This document shows positions 1-8,350 of a stretch of 32,000 nucleotides of DNA, one piece after another. Numbering within the stretch: position 1 is the stretch's first letter; each line of letters starts with the position of its first letter. Made by a program: the position numbers and the translations under genes. The DNA is from Candidatus Nanogingivalaceae bacterium (GTDB lineage: Bacteria > Patescibacteriota > Saccharimonadia > Saccharimonadales > Saccharimonadaceae): contig CP072208.2 in assembly GCA_015257795.3 (NCBI GenBank), positions 420,001 through 452,000 on the forward strand, read 5' to 3'. Under the pieces are notes generated by a model. The model saw only the letters and a list, made by a program, of their open reading frames with translations. It was not told the origin of the DNA and did no database searches.

Positions 1-606
1 ATCTATCGTATCGCCACGAACTCGAAAAGTTCCGCGAGAAAAATCAACATCGTTTCGTTCATATTGAATATCTTTCAAATGCCTCAAAAATTTATCTCGA
101 TTATAACGCATTCCGGGTTTGATATGCAACGCCATTTGCATATAGCTTGCTGGCGAACCGATACCATAAATACAGCTAACACTCGAAACAATAATCGTAT
201 CGCTCCGAGTTAACAACGCCTCAGTTGCGGCGTGTCGAAGTTTTTCAATCTCTTCATTTATTCGCGAATCTTTTTCGATATATGTATCCGTACTTGCAAT
301 ATAAGCTTCGGGCTGATAATAATCAAAATAGCTCACAAAATAATGAACTTCATTTTCAGGAAAAAACTTTTTAAACTCACCATAAAGCTGAGCCGCAAGA
401 GTTTTATTGTGCGCCAGAATTAAAGTTGGTTTTTGAGTGGCTTGAATAATATTTGCCATTGTAAAAGTTTTACCCGAACCAGTTACACCCAACAAAGTTT
501 GTTCATGCTCACCTTTCTTTAAACCCTCGACTAATTGTGAAATTGCCTGCGGTTGATCACCAGTTGGTTGATATTTTGATTTTAATTTAAACTCACGATA
601 TTTCAT
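1..606 (-). CDS. uvrB: Excinuclease ABC subunit B (UvrB), first 202 codons; gene runs off the window start
   Basis: Own reverse-strand translation from ATG at 604-606 gives [102 protein letters not shown]... It shows the Walker A GSGKT and the UvrB-typical YFVSY(F/Y)DYYQPEAY block. The frame stays open to position 1. It is absent from the ORF track because it is truncated. Confidence 0.9.
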   Translation of the reverse strand, partial: MKYREFKLKSKYQPTGDQPQAISQLVEGLKKGEHEQTLLGVTGSGKTFTMANIIQATQKPTLILAHNKTLAAQLYGEFKKFFPENEVHYFVSYFDYYQPEAYIASTDTYIEKDSRINEEIEKLRHAATEALLTRSDTIIVSSVSCIYGIGSPASYMQMALHIKPGMRYNRDKFLRHLKDIQYERNDVDFSRGTFRVRGDTID

Positions 607-613
607 TATTTAT

Positions 614-642
614 ATTTTATAATATATTTCATCAAAAAGCAA
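614..642 (-). promoter_or_regulatory. Putative sigma70-type promoter of uvrB, leaderless geometry
   Basis: On the minus strand: TTGCTT (637-642), 17 nt, TAAAAT (614-619), 7 nt, ATG (604-606). No Shine-Dalgarno sequence fits in between. Confidence 0.5.
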
Positions 643-663
643 AACCGCCCAAATTGAGCGGTT
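634..663 (-). terminator. Intrinsic terminator after the LOG-like gene
   Basis: Stem AACCGC (643-648) pairs with GCGGTT (658-663). On the minus strand it is followed by a T-rich run (plus-strand A-run 634-644). Confidence 0.55.
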
Positions 664-667
664 AGCT

Positions 668-1276
668 TTATCCGTTTCCAGCGCGTTTTTCTGAAAGATG
701 GTCATCATCTCGTGGTGCAATGAAGTCTGCATTTTTTTCATCAAGTCGTGCAATCACTTTACGAACAAGCCGTTCAGGGTTATTGTCATAAATTATATCT
801 TTCGTTCCTGGAGCTTCAACATTTTGCAAAAGTGTTGGAACGTAATCGGCAAGCGCCATACTTCCAAGCAAGACACCGCAAACTTTGCGAGATTCTAGAG
901 CGGTTGCGAGTTCGTGAAGCGACCCCATCCGGCCGCCAACTGTAATTACCGCATCGCTTGAAAGCACCAAGTGTGTATCACGCCCAACATAGCTCATTCC
1001 CGTAAAATTAATATAATCAAAAGGCTTAAACGGCAATTTATAAGTATTCACATGTTGTCGAAAACTTGAAGCAGGCGAAAAACCAATACTCAAGCCCGTT
1101 CGACCTTTAACACTAACCGCACCCAAAGCAGCGTAGTGTGGCAAACCAACCGTTGCACCAGTTGTTAAAATCTTTCCTTGCCGAACAATCTCTTGCCCGA
1201 GTCTAAAAGCTAAATCCTTTGAAGCCATAACACTATCTCCGGTGGCAGCCCCAGAAACACAAATTTGATATCTCAT
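668..1276 (-). CDS. LOG / TIGR00725-like Rossmann-fold protein (possible nucleotide 5'-monophosphate nucleosidase)
   Basis: 202-aa ORF with a GGAG Shine-Dalgarno upstream. It has an N-terminal glycine-rich segment (ICVSGAATGD) and a VGGRMGSLHELATALE block resembling the LOG-family PGGxGTxxE motif. Confidence 0.6.
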   Translation of the reverse strand: MRYQICVSGAATGDSVMASKDLAFRLGQEIVRQGKILTTGATVGLPHYAALGAVSVKGRTGLSIGFSPASSFRQHVNTYKLPFKPFDYINFTGMSYVGRDTHLVLSSDAVITVGGRMGSLHELATALESRKVCGVLLGSMALADYVPTLLQNVEAPGTKDIIYDNNPERLVRKVIARLDEKNADFIAPRDDDHLSEKRAGNG

Positions 1277-1286
1277 TTTTCTCCTT

Positions 1287-1745
1287 TTAAAATATTTTTT
1301 CTTCTAGTTGTTTTTTTGAATAATTTGAAAATACTTTTTGGTATTTTTCTAAGATTTCTACTTTTAAAGCTTCTTGAAAATTTTCGAAAACCAACTTATC
1401 GGTATTTTTAAATTCTTTTTTTGAATTCAACTCAACATCTTTTTTATTCACCGAAACAAAACCGTCTTCGGTAAATATCACCGACGTTTCATTCTTCTTC
1501 CAAAAATCATCATTATTAAGCTTATTTTTTAAAGCCGAAATTGCTTCTACATTCAAAACATCACTCTGTAAAAAACCCAATTCCTGTTCTAAATCACGCG
1601 ATTTTTTATACAAGTTTGCCATAATCTGCGCTGAAACGCTTTTTGTTTGTGGCTTTTTAGACTCTAAACTAGTTATTTCATAATTAAACCTTCGCGCATA
1701 AGCACCTTTTAAACCTAAAAGCTCTGAAAGTTTATAAGTTTTCAT
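1287..1745 (-). CDS. Hypothetical protein embedded in the sugar-phosphate operon
   Basis: The ORF-track entry starts at a TTG at 1751. An ATG at 1743-1745 (MKTYKLSELL...) lies 8 nt after GGAGGAG and 2 nt after the PfkB TGA stop, so I prefer that start. I recognise no motif. Confidence 0.6.
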   Translation of the reverse strand: MKTYKLSELLGLKGAYARRFNYEITSLESKKPQTKSVSAQIMANLYKKSRDLEQELGFLQSDVLNVEAISALKNKLNNDDFWKKNETSVIFTEDGFVSVNKKDVELNSKKEFKNTDKLVFENFQEALKVEILEKYQKVFSNYSKKQLEEKIF

Positions 1746-1747
1746 TA

Positions 1748-2710
1748 TCAAATCTCCTCCATCGGCATATCGTGAAGATTTGAATCTTTATATAAAATTC
1801 CTTTTTTAGCACCCAGATATTGAATCACAGAAGTTGAATTTGCGCTTGCGAATAAAATACTCTGCTTAATATCTGCGCCCTGAGCCCATTGACTAACAAA
1901 CCCAGAACCAAAAGCATCACCCGCACCCGTTCTATCAACCGAAGGAATATCTTCATACATTCCGGCATGAATAATTTTGCCCCCGGCTTTGACCCAAACA
2001 CCGTTTGGACCATCTGTTAAAATCATCACCGGCACAAATTCTGCACCACTGCGAACAATTTCTTCAGCAGACACGCCCTCAAAAATTAAACTAGCTTCTT
2101 CTTTATTTAAAATTAAAATTTCAACATCTTTTAATAAAGTTCGAACTTTTCCTGGATTCTCGAGTTCATTTTTACCAGGATTCCAGGCAATTTTTGCGCC
2201 TTTTTTTACCGATTCTTGAATGATTTTCGAAATAACATCGAATCTTCCAGCTAAGTTAGAAAGGTAAACCCAATCAAACTCACCATATTTTAATTCAAAA
2301 TTATCAACATAAATATGTTCTGACGCACCACGATAAGTTAAAATTGTACGCTCACCATTTGGTGCTAAAATAATTGCTGAATAATCTGTATTATATCTAT
2401 CTGAAAACTCCACCCGAGATGTATCGACAGACTCTTCGTCAAGCATTTTTAATACCTGCTCTCCCGATGAATCCGACCCAACTACACCCATAAAACTAGA
2501 TTCTAAACCTTGTCGAGCAAAAGTGGTTGCAGCATTCGTAGCGCCACCACCACTTGAAATTTCAATATTTTCAACTGTTATTTTAGAGCCCAAATCAAGC
2601 TCAACGATATCTTGATTCTTTGCCATTGAGATCAATTTAAAGTCTGGTGAATTGATCAAAAAAACATCTTGAGTGGCAGCCCCAACTGAAAGTATCTTAG
2701 GCGATGACAC
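1748..2710 (-). CDS. PfkB-family carbohydrate/nucleoside kinase (ribokinase-like)
   Basis: 320 aa. It has the GG motif (SSGGGATNAA) and the C-terminal signature DRTGAGDAFGSGF. The start is GTG with AAGGAG upstream. Confidence 0.85.
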   Translation of the reverse strand: MSSPKILSVGAATQDVFLINSPDFKLISMAKNQDIVELDLGSKITVENIEISSGGGATNAATTFARQGLESSFMGVVGSDSSGEQVLKMLDEESVDTSRVEFSDRYNTDYSAIILAPNGERTILTYRGASEHIYVDNFELKYGEFDWVYLSNLAGRFDVISKIIQESVKKGAKIAWNPGKNELENPGKVRTLLKDVEILILNKEEASLIFEGVSAEEIVRSGAEFVPVMILTDGPNGVWVKAGGKIIHAGMYEDIPSVDRTGAGDAFGSGFVSQWAQGADIKQSILFASANSTSVIQYLGAKKGILYKDSNLHDMPMEEI

Positions 2711-2712
2711 TT

Positions 2713-3360
2713 TTAAATTGCTCCTTTACGGTTAATTTCAGTCTCCATCTGATGATAAGCCTGCTCTGGATCTTGTGCTTGCATAATTGCCGCACCAACA
2801 TTCACAACATCAACTCCAGACTGAGTTAAGTTAAAAACGTTCGAAAGGTTAGCGCCACCGTCCCAACCTATTTCAACGTTGCTATTAATGGCCTTTATTA
2901 ATCGAATCTTCTCTAGTTGCATCATATTTGCGATACCACCCATTTCGCCCAAGTTGCCACTAAAAATTAAAATGTGCTCTGCAGCCTTAATTGCTGGCGC
3001 AACTGTCTCTGGGACAGTTGAACGAAGCAAAGCCAAACCTGGCTTAATCATAGTTTCATTTTTAAGTCGCTCAAAAATAGGCACAAGATCTTCTTCAACC
3101 TCAGAATGAAAAACCACCATATTAGGGTTAAGTTGAATAATCGCATCAATGTGCTCACTAGGACGAGCAACCATCATATGAATATCAACCTTCCATTCTT
3201 GAGGCCACCAAATTTGAGTTTCAGGCAAGGTTAAATTAGGCGCAAATTCGCCATCTGTAACATCAATATGAACCCTTTCAGCAAAAGGAAAGATTTTCTC
3301 AACCTGCTCTTTATATTCTTCTGGATTGGTTGCTAAAATTGCTGGTGTAATTATCGACAT
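2713..3360 (-). CDS. rpe: Ribulose-phosphate 3-epimerase family protein (divergent)
   Basis: 215 aa. Blocks HIDVTDGEFAPNLT, DIHMMV and GWDGGA align with the Rpe metal and catalytic blocks HxDxMDGxFVPNxT, DVHLM and DGG. It abuts rpiB with no gap. Confidence 0.7.
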   Translation of the reverse strand: MSIITPAILATNPEEYKEQVEKIFPFAERVHIDVTDGEFAPNLTLPETQIWWPQEWKVDIHMMVARPSEHIDAIIQLNPNMVVFHSEVEEDLVPIFERLKNETMIKPGLALLRSTVPETVAPAIKAAEHILIFSGNLGEMGGIANMMQLEKIRLIKAINSNVEIGWDGGANLSNVFNLTQSGVDVVNVGAAIMQAQDPEQAYHQMETEINRKGAI

Positions 3361-3819
3361 TTAAACCTCATCTATCTGATTATTTCTTCGTATAAAACGC
3401 GGCGCAGCCGCAAAAGGAGTTTTAAGCCAAACGTCTACGGTCTCCTTCCACATGTTTTCCATATCATCTTTATCAAAGACTCGCGCTGGCAAACAGAGAA
3501 CATTACTATCATTGTCGTTACGAGTCCATTTTGCTTCTTCAGGCTCCCATACAACAGACGCACGAATACCTTTATAACGGTTCGCGGCCATTCCCATTCC
3601 TTGTGCACCGCCACAAATTAGAATAGCACGAGAATCGCTCTCATCACTGGCGCGAATTTTCGAAACCGCCATGTGCGCAAATTCTGGAAAATCATCATTT
3701 GGATTATATTCAAAACCACCAATATCTTCTATATTGTAGCCATTATTTTTTAAATATTTAAAAACTTTTTCTTTAAGGTAATAACCTCTGTGGTCTGCAC
3801 CAATAAAAATCTTCATCAA
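3361..3819 (-). CDS. rpiB: Ribose-5-phosphate isomerase B
   Basis: 152 aa. It starts MKIFIGADHRGY and contains ILICGGAQGMGMAANRYKGIRA, both typical of the RpiB/LacAB family. Confidence 0.9.
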   Translation of the reverse strand: MMKIFIGADHRGYYLKEKVFKYLKNNGYNIEDIGGFEYNPNDDFPEFAHMAVSKIRASDESDSRAILICGGAQGMGMAANRYKGIRASVVWEPEEAKWTRNDNDSNVLCLPARVFDKDDMENMWKETVDVWLKTPFAAAPRFIRRNNQIDEV

Positions 3820-3826
3820 AAAACCT

Positions 3827-4834
3827 TTAAATATTCACCGCTACATCAGCAACAATTTCGACCAAGCGGTTAGAGTATCCCCATTCATTATCATACCAAG
3901 CTACGACCTTAATAAGATTTCCGTCAACAACGTTTGTCAATGATAAGTCAACAATAGAGCTATGAGAATTTCCCTTGAAATCCATCGAGACCAAAGGTTC
4001 ATCTGTAACCGCTAGAATTCCCTGATAAAATGGATCTGCGGCAGCACGCTTAAATACTTCGTTAATCTCTTCTTTTGTTGTGTTTCGTTTCAAAACAGCA
4101 GTAATATCGCTCAACGAAACAACCGCCGTTGGAACTCGAACTGATAAACCATCAAACTTTCCTTCAAGAGATGGAATAACTTTTGCGGTCGCAATTGCTG
4201 CGCCGGTTGTAGTTGGAACTATATTTTCAGCTGCAGAGCGAGCCTCACGTAAGTCTTTTGCTGGAGCATCTAGAATCCTCTGGCTTGCGGTATAAGAGTG
4301 GACTGTCGTCATCAAAGACTTTTCGATACCAAATTCGCGTTCAAGAACTGCCATCACTGGAGCAATACAGTTTGTCGTACAACTAGCGTTAGAAATAATA
4401 TCATCTTCGCGCGTAAGTTCGCGCTCATTCACACCAAGCACAATGAATTTAGCTCCATCACCTTTCGCAGGAGCTGAAATCACAACCTTTTTTGCACCAG
4501 CGTTAATATGTGCACGAGCTTTTTCTGGTTGTACAAACAATCCTGTTGCTTCGATTACAACATCAATACCAAATTCTCCCCAAGGCAAAAGCGCTGGATC
4601 ACGCTCTGCTAATACGCGAATTTGTTTTCCGGCAACAAAAATTGAGTTTTCATCATAAGACACATCATAGTGATAAGTTCCATAAGTTGAATCGTGCTTT
4701 AAAAGATGCGCTAAAGTTTTCGTATCTGTCAAGTCATTAATCGCTACAACTTCAATATCATCTCTTTCAAAAGCTAATTTAAAGGCATTGCGACCAATTC
4801 GCCCAAATCCATTAATTGCAATTTTTTTAGACAT
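3827..4834 (-). CDS. gap: Glyceraldehyde-3-phosphate dehydrogenase, type I
   Basis: 335 aa. INGFGRIGR is the NAD-binding motif and SNASCTTNC is the active site, followed by WYDNEWGYS. AGGAG lies upstream. Confidence 0.95.
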   Translation of the reverse strand: MSKKIAINGFGRIGRNAFKLAFERDDIEVVAINDLTDTKTLAHLLKHDSTYGTYHYDVSYDENSIFVAGKQIRVLAERDPALLPWGEFGIDVVIEATGLFVQPEKARAHINAGAKKVVISAPAKGDGAKFIVLGVNERELTREDDIISNASCTTNCIAPVMAVLEREFGIEKSLMTTVHSYTASQRILDAPAKDLREARSAAENIVPTTTGAAIATAKVIPSLEGKFDGLSVRVPTAVVSLSDITAVLKRNTTKEEINEVFKRAAADPFYQGILAVTDEPLVSMDFKGNSHSSIVDLSLTNVVDGNLIKVVAWYDNEWGYSNRLVEIVADVAVNI

Positions 4835-5079
4835 TTCGTCTCCTTTTTATTAAATTTCCTAGTTCTATTTTAACATAAACGCTTTAAAAAATCTAGAAAA
4901 AGCACCAAATTAAAACTCCACTGCTAAAGGTAGGGTTTCGACTTTTCTAGCAATATACTAATTACTTATTTTTTCACCAGCTCTTATCACTTTAATCACC
5001 TTAGTATTCTTGATTAGCCCTAAATTACCCCTTTGATGAAGTTACAAACAAAGATTGATTCATGCGTATGAAGTTTTTA

Positions 5080-5298
5080 CTATAAAAGATTGATAGCATC
5101 ATCTTTAATTTCGTCAAAAATCTGGTCGTAATATTCGTAAAATTCTTTAAGATTCCCCTCATTACCTTCAACCGCACGCAATGCAAGGGTTAAAAGGGTA
5201 TCTAATAGATCCCTATTCTCAGAATTTTCATATTCCGTAGAGCCCAGAAGTGTTACAACCGCTTTCGGGTTCCTTGAGATTTTGTCCTTAATTTTCAT
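5080..5298 (-). CDS. Hypothetical small acidic protein (72 aa)
   Basis: The ORF overlaps the upstream 182-aa ORF by 11 nt, which suggests coupling. I recognise no motif. Confidence 0.45.
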   Translation of the reverse strand: MKIKDKISRNPKAVVTLLGSTEYENSENRDLLDTLLTLALRAVEGNEGNLKEFYEYYDQIFDEIKDDAINLL

Positions 5299-5836
5299 AT
5301 TTCACTCTTTCAATCTTGCCCTGCGACAAATCACGCCATTTTCCATTTTCAAAAACCCTAAAATGCGATTTTTTGAAAGGAACCTCTTGCGATTTTAGCC
5401 AATCTAAAACTTTTCGAAAATTCTCCACACGAAAAACAAAACCGTCGTAGCCAAAATCAAAATTCTTAAAACTCATTTTTTGCGGGTTTTCTTCGTTTAA
5501 CATTTTAACAAAATCTTGAATCGCAAATTCAGGATAATTCAAAGCTTCGCCCAACAAAATTGATTTTTCTCTTTCATTACCGTACCAGGAAAGACTTTCA
5601 GCCTCAAGATATTTTTCCAAATTCTCAATTTTGCGAAAAAGAAAAATTTGCGTTTTCGAATGTGTGCGGCTTTTATTCCAGAACGAGTGAAAGTGAATAT
5701 TCTTTCGAAAAACAGCCCGAATAATTGAAAATTTTATTCTTCCCCAAAAGCTATTCTCAAAAACCAAAATCATACTTTTACGCCGCTTCAGCGCGAATGC
5801 CAAAATCATTTTTCGATGAATTTTCGAAAGTTTCAT
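5288..5836 (-). CDS. Hypothetical basic protein (182 aa)
   Basis: The ORF lies 64 nt downstream of rel on the same strand. Its N-terminal 80 aa are very basic and low-complexity, so the true start is uncertain. It contains four TTCGAA copies. Confidence 0.45.
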   Translation of the reverse strand: MKLSKIHRKMILAFALKRRKSMILVFENSFWGRIKFSIIRAVFRKNIHFHSFWNKSRTHSKTQIFLFRKIENLEKYLEAESLSWYGNEREKSILLGEALNYPEFAIQDFVKMLNEENPQKMSFKNFDFGYDGFVFRVENFRKVLDWLKSQEVPFKKSHFRVFENGKWRDLSQGKIERVKYEN

Positions 5837-5900
5837 ATTCTCCTTTTACATTTAAAATTAAAGTTGGAAAAATCAAAGAAGTCGACATATTTTTCAAATT

Positions 5901-7457
5901 TTATTTCTCGCCCGATTTTCTGGCTCGAATCGCTTCAGCATTTTTAATCGGCTCCAAATCGCCTCTTTGGCGAAGCTGTGAACGAAGCTTGATTCGTGCG
6001 TGTGAAGTTTTTACTAAATCAAGCCAATCGATCTTTGGCTCAGAACTCTTGCGCGTTAAAACTTCAACCACATCACCCTTTTCAAGCGGTTTATCGAACG
6101 CATGGATTTTCTCATTCACGCGAAAAGCATAAGCATATTTACCAATATCGCTGTGGACCATATAAGCAAAATCAAGTGGCAAAGCACCTTCGGGTAGATT
6201 GTAAATATCGCCTTTTGGAGAATACACAAAAATCCGATCACCGAAAATATCAATTTGAAGCTGTTCGGGGTTAATCTCTTCACCATCTCTTAACCGTTGC
6301 GCAACATCCTGGAGCTGCACAATCCATTGCAATTCATTCGATAGACCCCCATTACCTTTAACCTCACTTCGTCGCTTCGAAGTTGCTCCCGAAATATAGT
6401 CTTTGCTCGATTTTTGCTCGTGATAATGAAAACTCGCCGCCAAACCACGCTCGGCAAACTCATGCATATCACGCGTTCGAATTTGAAACTCTGCAATTAA
6501 TTTCGAAGGTGTGATCACAGTCGTATGCAGCGATTGATAGCCGTTTGGTTTTGGCATTGAAATATAATCTTTGATTCGTTCAATCATTGGCTTATAAATT
6601 GAATGCAATACCCCCAAAACACGGTAGCAGTCATCTTTCGAATTCACAATAATTCTCAAAGCCATTAAATCGTATACCCGATCAATATCGCCCCTGGTTT
6701 TTTTAAGTTTTTTATAAAGAGAATAGACACTCTTAACTCGCCCTGAAATCTCAAACTCTACACCCGCTTTTTTTAGCTCTTTTTCAACCTCTTCACGTAC
6801 TTTTCCTAATTTTCGAGTACTTTTACCGAGTCGTTTTCGAATTTCATTTTCAAGTCGCTTATATTCTTTCGGATTCAAGTAAAGAAAAGCTTGCTCTTCC
6901 ATTTGCATTCGTACGCGTCCCATTCCTAAACGGTCAGCAATTCGTGCAAAAACATCCAAAGTTTCTTGGGCGATTTTCTTTTGTTTTTCTGGAGACATAT
7001 ATTGTAAAGTCTGAACATTATGCAATCTATCCGCCAACTTAATAATCACCACGCGAACATCTTGCCCAACCGCAATCAATAATTTCGAAAGATTATCTTT
7101 TGTTTGAGGAAGATACGTTTCGAGATTTCCCATTCCTGCACGTGCCTTCCCAACCTTAGTTACACCATCAACCAAAAAAGCGATATCTTTGCCGAAATGT
7201 TCTTCAATTTCATCTAATGGTGTTTCTGTGTCTTCTACAACGTCGTGTAAAACCCCTGCAATAATCGTATCAATATCCATACCCCATTCAACTAAAAAGC
7301 TAGCCACTTTTAATGGGTGCGTTATATATTCTTCGCCAGATTTTCGCATTTGACCTTTATGTTTTTCGGTTGCAAAATCAATAGCTTCTTCTAATTTTTT
7401 TATATCTTCCGCAGAATAAAACGGTTTCGCAATTCTTAAGAGTTCAGCCTTTTCCAT
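5901..7457 (-). CDS. rel: Bifunctional (p)ppGpp synthetase/hydrolase, short Rel/SpoT homologue (HD + synthetase + TGS only)
   Basis: 518 aa. The HD motif is HPLKVA...HDVVEDT. Synthetase blocks are GRVKSVYSLYKKL, DLMALRIIV and YQSLHTTV. A TGS-like segment is IFVYSPKGDIYNLPEGALPLDFAY. The protein ends about 45 aa after TGS. Confidence 0.9.
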   Translation of the reverse strand: MEKAELLRIAKPFYSAEDIKKLEEAIDFATEKHKGQMRKSGEEYITHPLKVASFLVEWGMDIDTIIAGVLHDVVEDTETPLDEIEEHFGKDIAFLVDGVTKVGKARAGMGNLETYLPQTKDNLSKLLIAVGQDVRVVIIKLADRLHNVQTLQYMSPEKQKKIAQETLDVFARIADRLGMGRVRMQMEEQAFLYLNPKEYKRLENEIRKRLGKSTRKLGKVREEVEKELKKAGVEFEISGRVKSVYSLYKKLKKTRGDIDRVYDLMALRIIVNSKDDCYRVLGVLHSIYKPMIERIKDYISMPKPNGYQSLHTTVITPSKLIAEFQIRTRDMHEFAERGLAASFHYHEQKSSKDYISGATSKRRSEVKGNGGLSNELQWIVQLQDVAQRLRDGEEINPEQLQIDIFGDRIFVYSPKGDIYNLPEGALPLDFAYMVHSDIGKYAYAFRVNEKIHAFDKPLEKGDVVEVLTRKSSEPKIDWLDLVKTSHARIKLRSQLRQRGDLEPIKNAEAIRARKSGEK

Positions 7458-7463
7458 ATATTA

Positions 7464-7491
7464 ATTATACATAAATTCCAAAAAAAATCAA
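7464..7491 (-). promoter_or_regulatory. Putative rel promoter, leaderless geometry
   Basis: On the minus strand: TTGATT (7486-7491), 16 nt, TATAAT (7464-7469), 6 nt, ATG (7455-7457). Confidence 0.5.
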
Positions 7492-7500
7492 TTATTCCAT

Positions 7501-7529
7501 TTGACTTTTATGGATAAATATTGTAATAT
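7501..7529 (+). promoter_or_regulatory. Putative promoter of the 231-aa orphan gene
   Basis: TTGACT (7501-7506), 17 nt, TAATAT (7524-7529). A leader of about 55 nt ends in AGGAGG, 6 nt before the ATG at 7590. Confidence 0.55.
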
Positions 7530-7589
7530 ATAAAAATACGAAAGTTGAACATTTCAAATTGATTTTCGATTTTTTTAGGAGGTGCTAAC

Positions 7590-8285
7590 ATGGCACAAGA
7601 ACCGTTGAGAGAATTAACAGACAACTTACTGTCTCTGTTTAAGGAAATTGTCGCATCTGAGTGTGAAGAGCAAAGTCAAAGAATAGATTTGCTCGAAATG
7701 AAAGTAAATAAAATATATACTTTCTTTTTCGAATCACAAAAGCTGATTAACTCTATACTTGCGGTAGAAGAAAACAAGGAGGACTATCAAATAATCCAAA
7801 CCGAAAAACCTTCGGAATTAAAATTTGATCATCCAAAAGTTGATAATTTTGAGGAAAGTAGCCCCATAAAAAAAGACTACATAAGCCGAATAGCCAACAT
7901 AAGGAGTAGATTCCCAGAACAATACCTTGATATAGTGAAAGAAACTAAAGTTTGTATTTTTAGAAAAAACAGCAAGAAAGGCTTAACCCATACGAAAAAT
8001 ACTTATTTACCATTTTTCACACAAGGCTCTTTAGTAAGTAATCTATCCTCTAATGATGACACATCTCTCAAATCCATTAAGAGATATTTAAGAAATGACG
8101 AATTTAGATATGTCATCATACACAAAAAGGAAGCAACAGATAATCTTCTGAAAAATATCAGAAAACTGGACGCAGAAGATTATTTTAGAGTATTGATTGT
8201 ACAAACTCATAAACCGATGTATTCAATATTCAACAATATAATCAGCAATAGAATGGAGGCTGATAGAAAGAGAAAATCAAAATAA
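7590..8285 (+). CDS. Hypothetical protein (231 aa), compositionally atypical orphan
   Basis: Long ORF with a strong Shine-Dalgarno, its own promoter and its own terminator. It is CpG-poor and AGA-rich compared with its neighbours. I recognise no motif. Confidence 0.65.
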   Translation: MAQEPLRELTDNLLSLFKEIVASECEEQSQRIDLLEMKVNKIYTFFFESQKLINSILAVEENKEDYQIIQTEKPSELKFDHPKVDNFEESSPIKKDYISRIANIRSRFPEQYLDIVKETKVCIFRKNSKKGLTHTKNTYLPFFTQGSLVSNLSSNDDTSLKSIKRYLRNDEFRYVIIHKKEATDNLLKNIRKLDAEDYFRVLIVQTHKPMYSIFNNIISNRMEADRKRKSK

Positions 8286-8312
8286 ACTGAGCAATATGCT
8301 CAGTTTTTATTT
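8286..8312 (+). terminator. Intrinsic terminator
   Basis: An 8-bp stem, ACTGAGCA (8286-8293) with TGCTCAGT (8297-8304), is followed by TTTTATTTT. It lies immediately after the stop codon. Confidence 0.75.
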
Positions 8313-8350
8313 TATATAATTATATTTATTATCTCAATTCAAATCTATAA

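Noticed and set aside
232-423. 63-aa plus-strand ORF, plus similar short ORFs (698-945, 1825-2219, 2879-3109, 4080-4740, 8459-8755, 9387-9739, 10439-11217, 14183-14928, 15483-16159, 18226-18620, 20328-20582, 21287-21469, 22013-22865, 23255-23682, 24379-24597, 26843-27118, 29484-29681, 30369-30566, 31539-31766)
   Set aside because: All lie inside, and mostly antisense to, longer ORFs with clear family signatures. None has independent support.
4835-5079. The 245-bp non-coding gap upstream of gap, considered as a possible riboswitch or small gene
   Set aside because: It shows only weak 5-bp hairpins and an 11-codon ORF. It most simply holds the gap promoter (TGtTAAAAT) and the 3' end of the upstream cassette.
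5725-6132. 135-aa plus-strand ORF spanning the rel / 182-aa gene junction
   Set aside because: It is antisense to two minus-strand genes, including the conserved TGS end of rel, so it is a shadow ORF.
7458-7589. Possible replication origin (DnaA boxes) in AT-rich intergenic regions
   Set aside because: I saw only one imperfect TTATCCACA-like sequence (TATGGATAA near 7510). There is no cluster of boxes, and neither dnaA nor dnaN is nearby.
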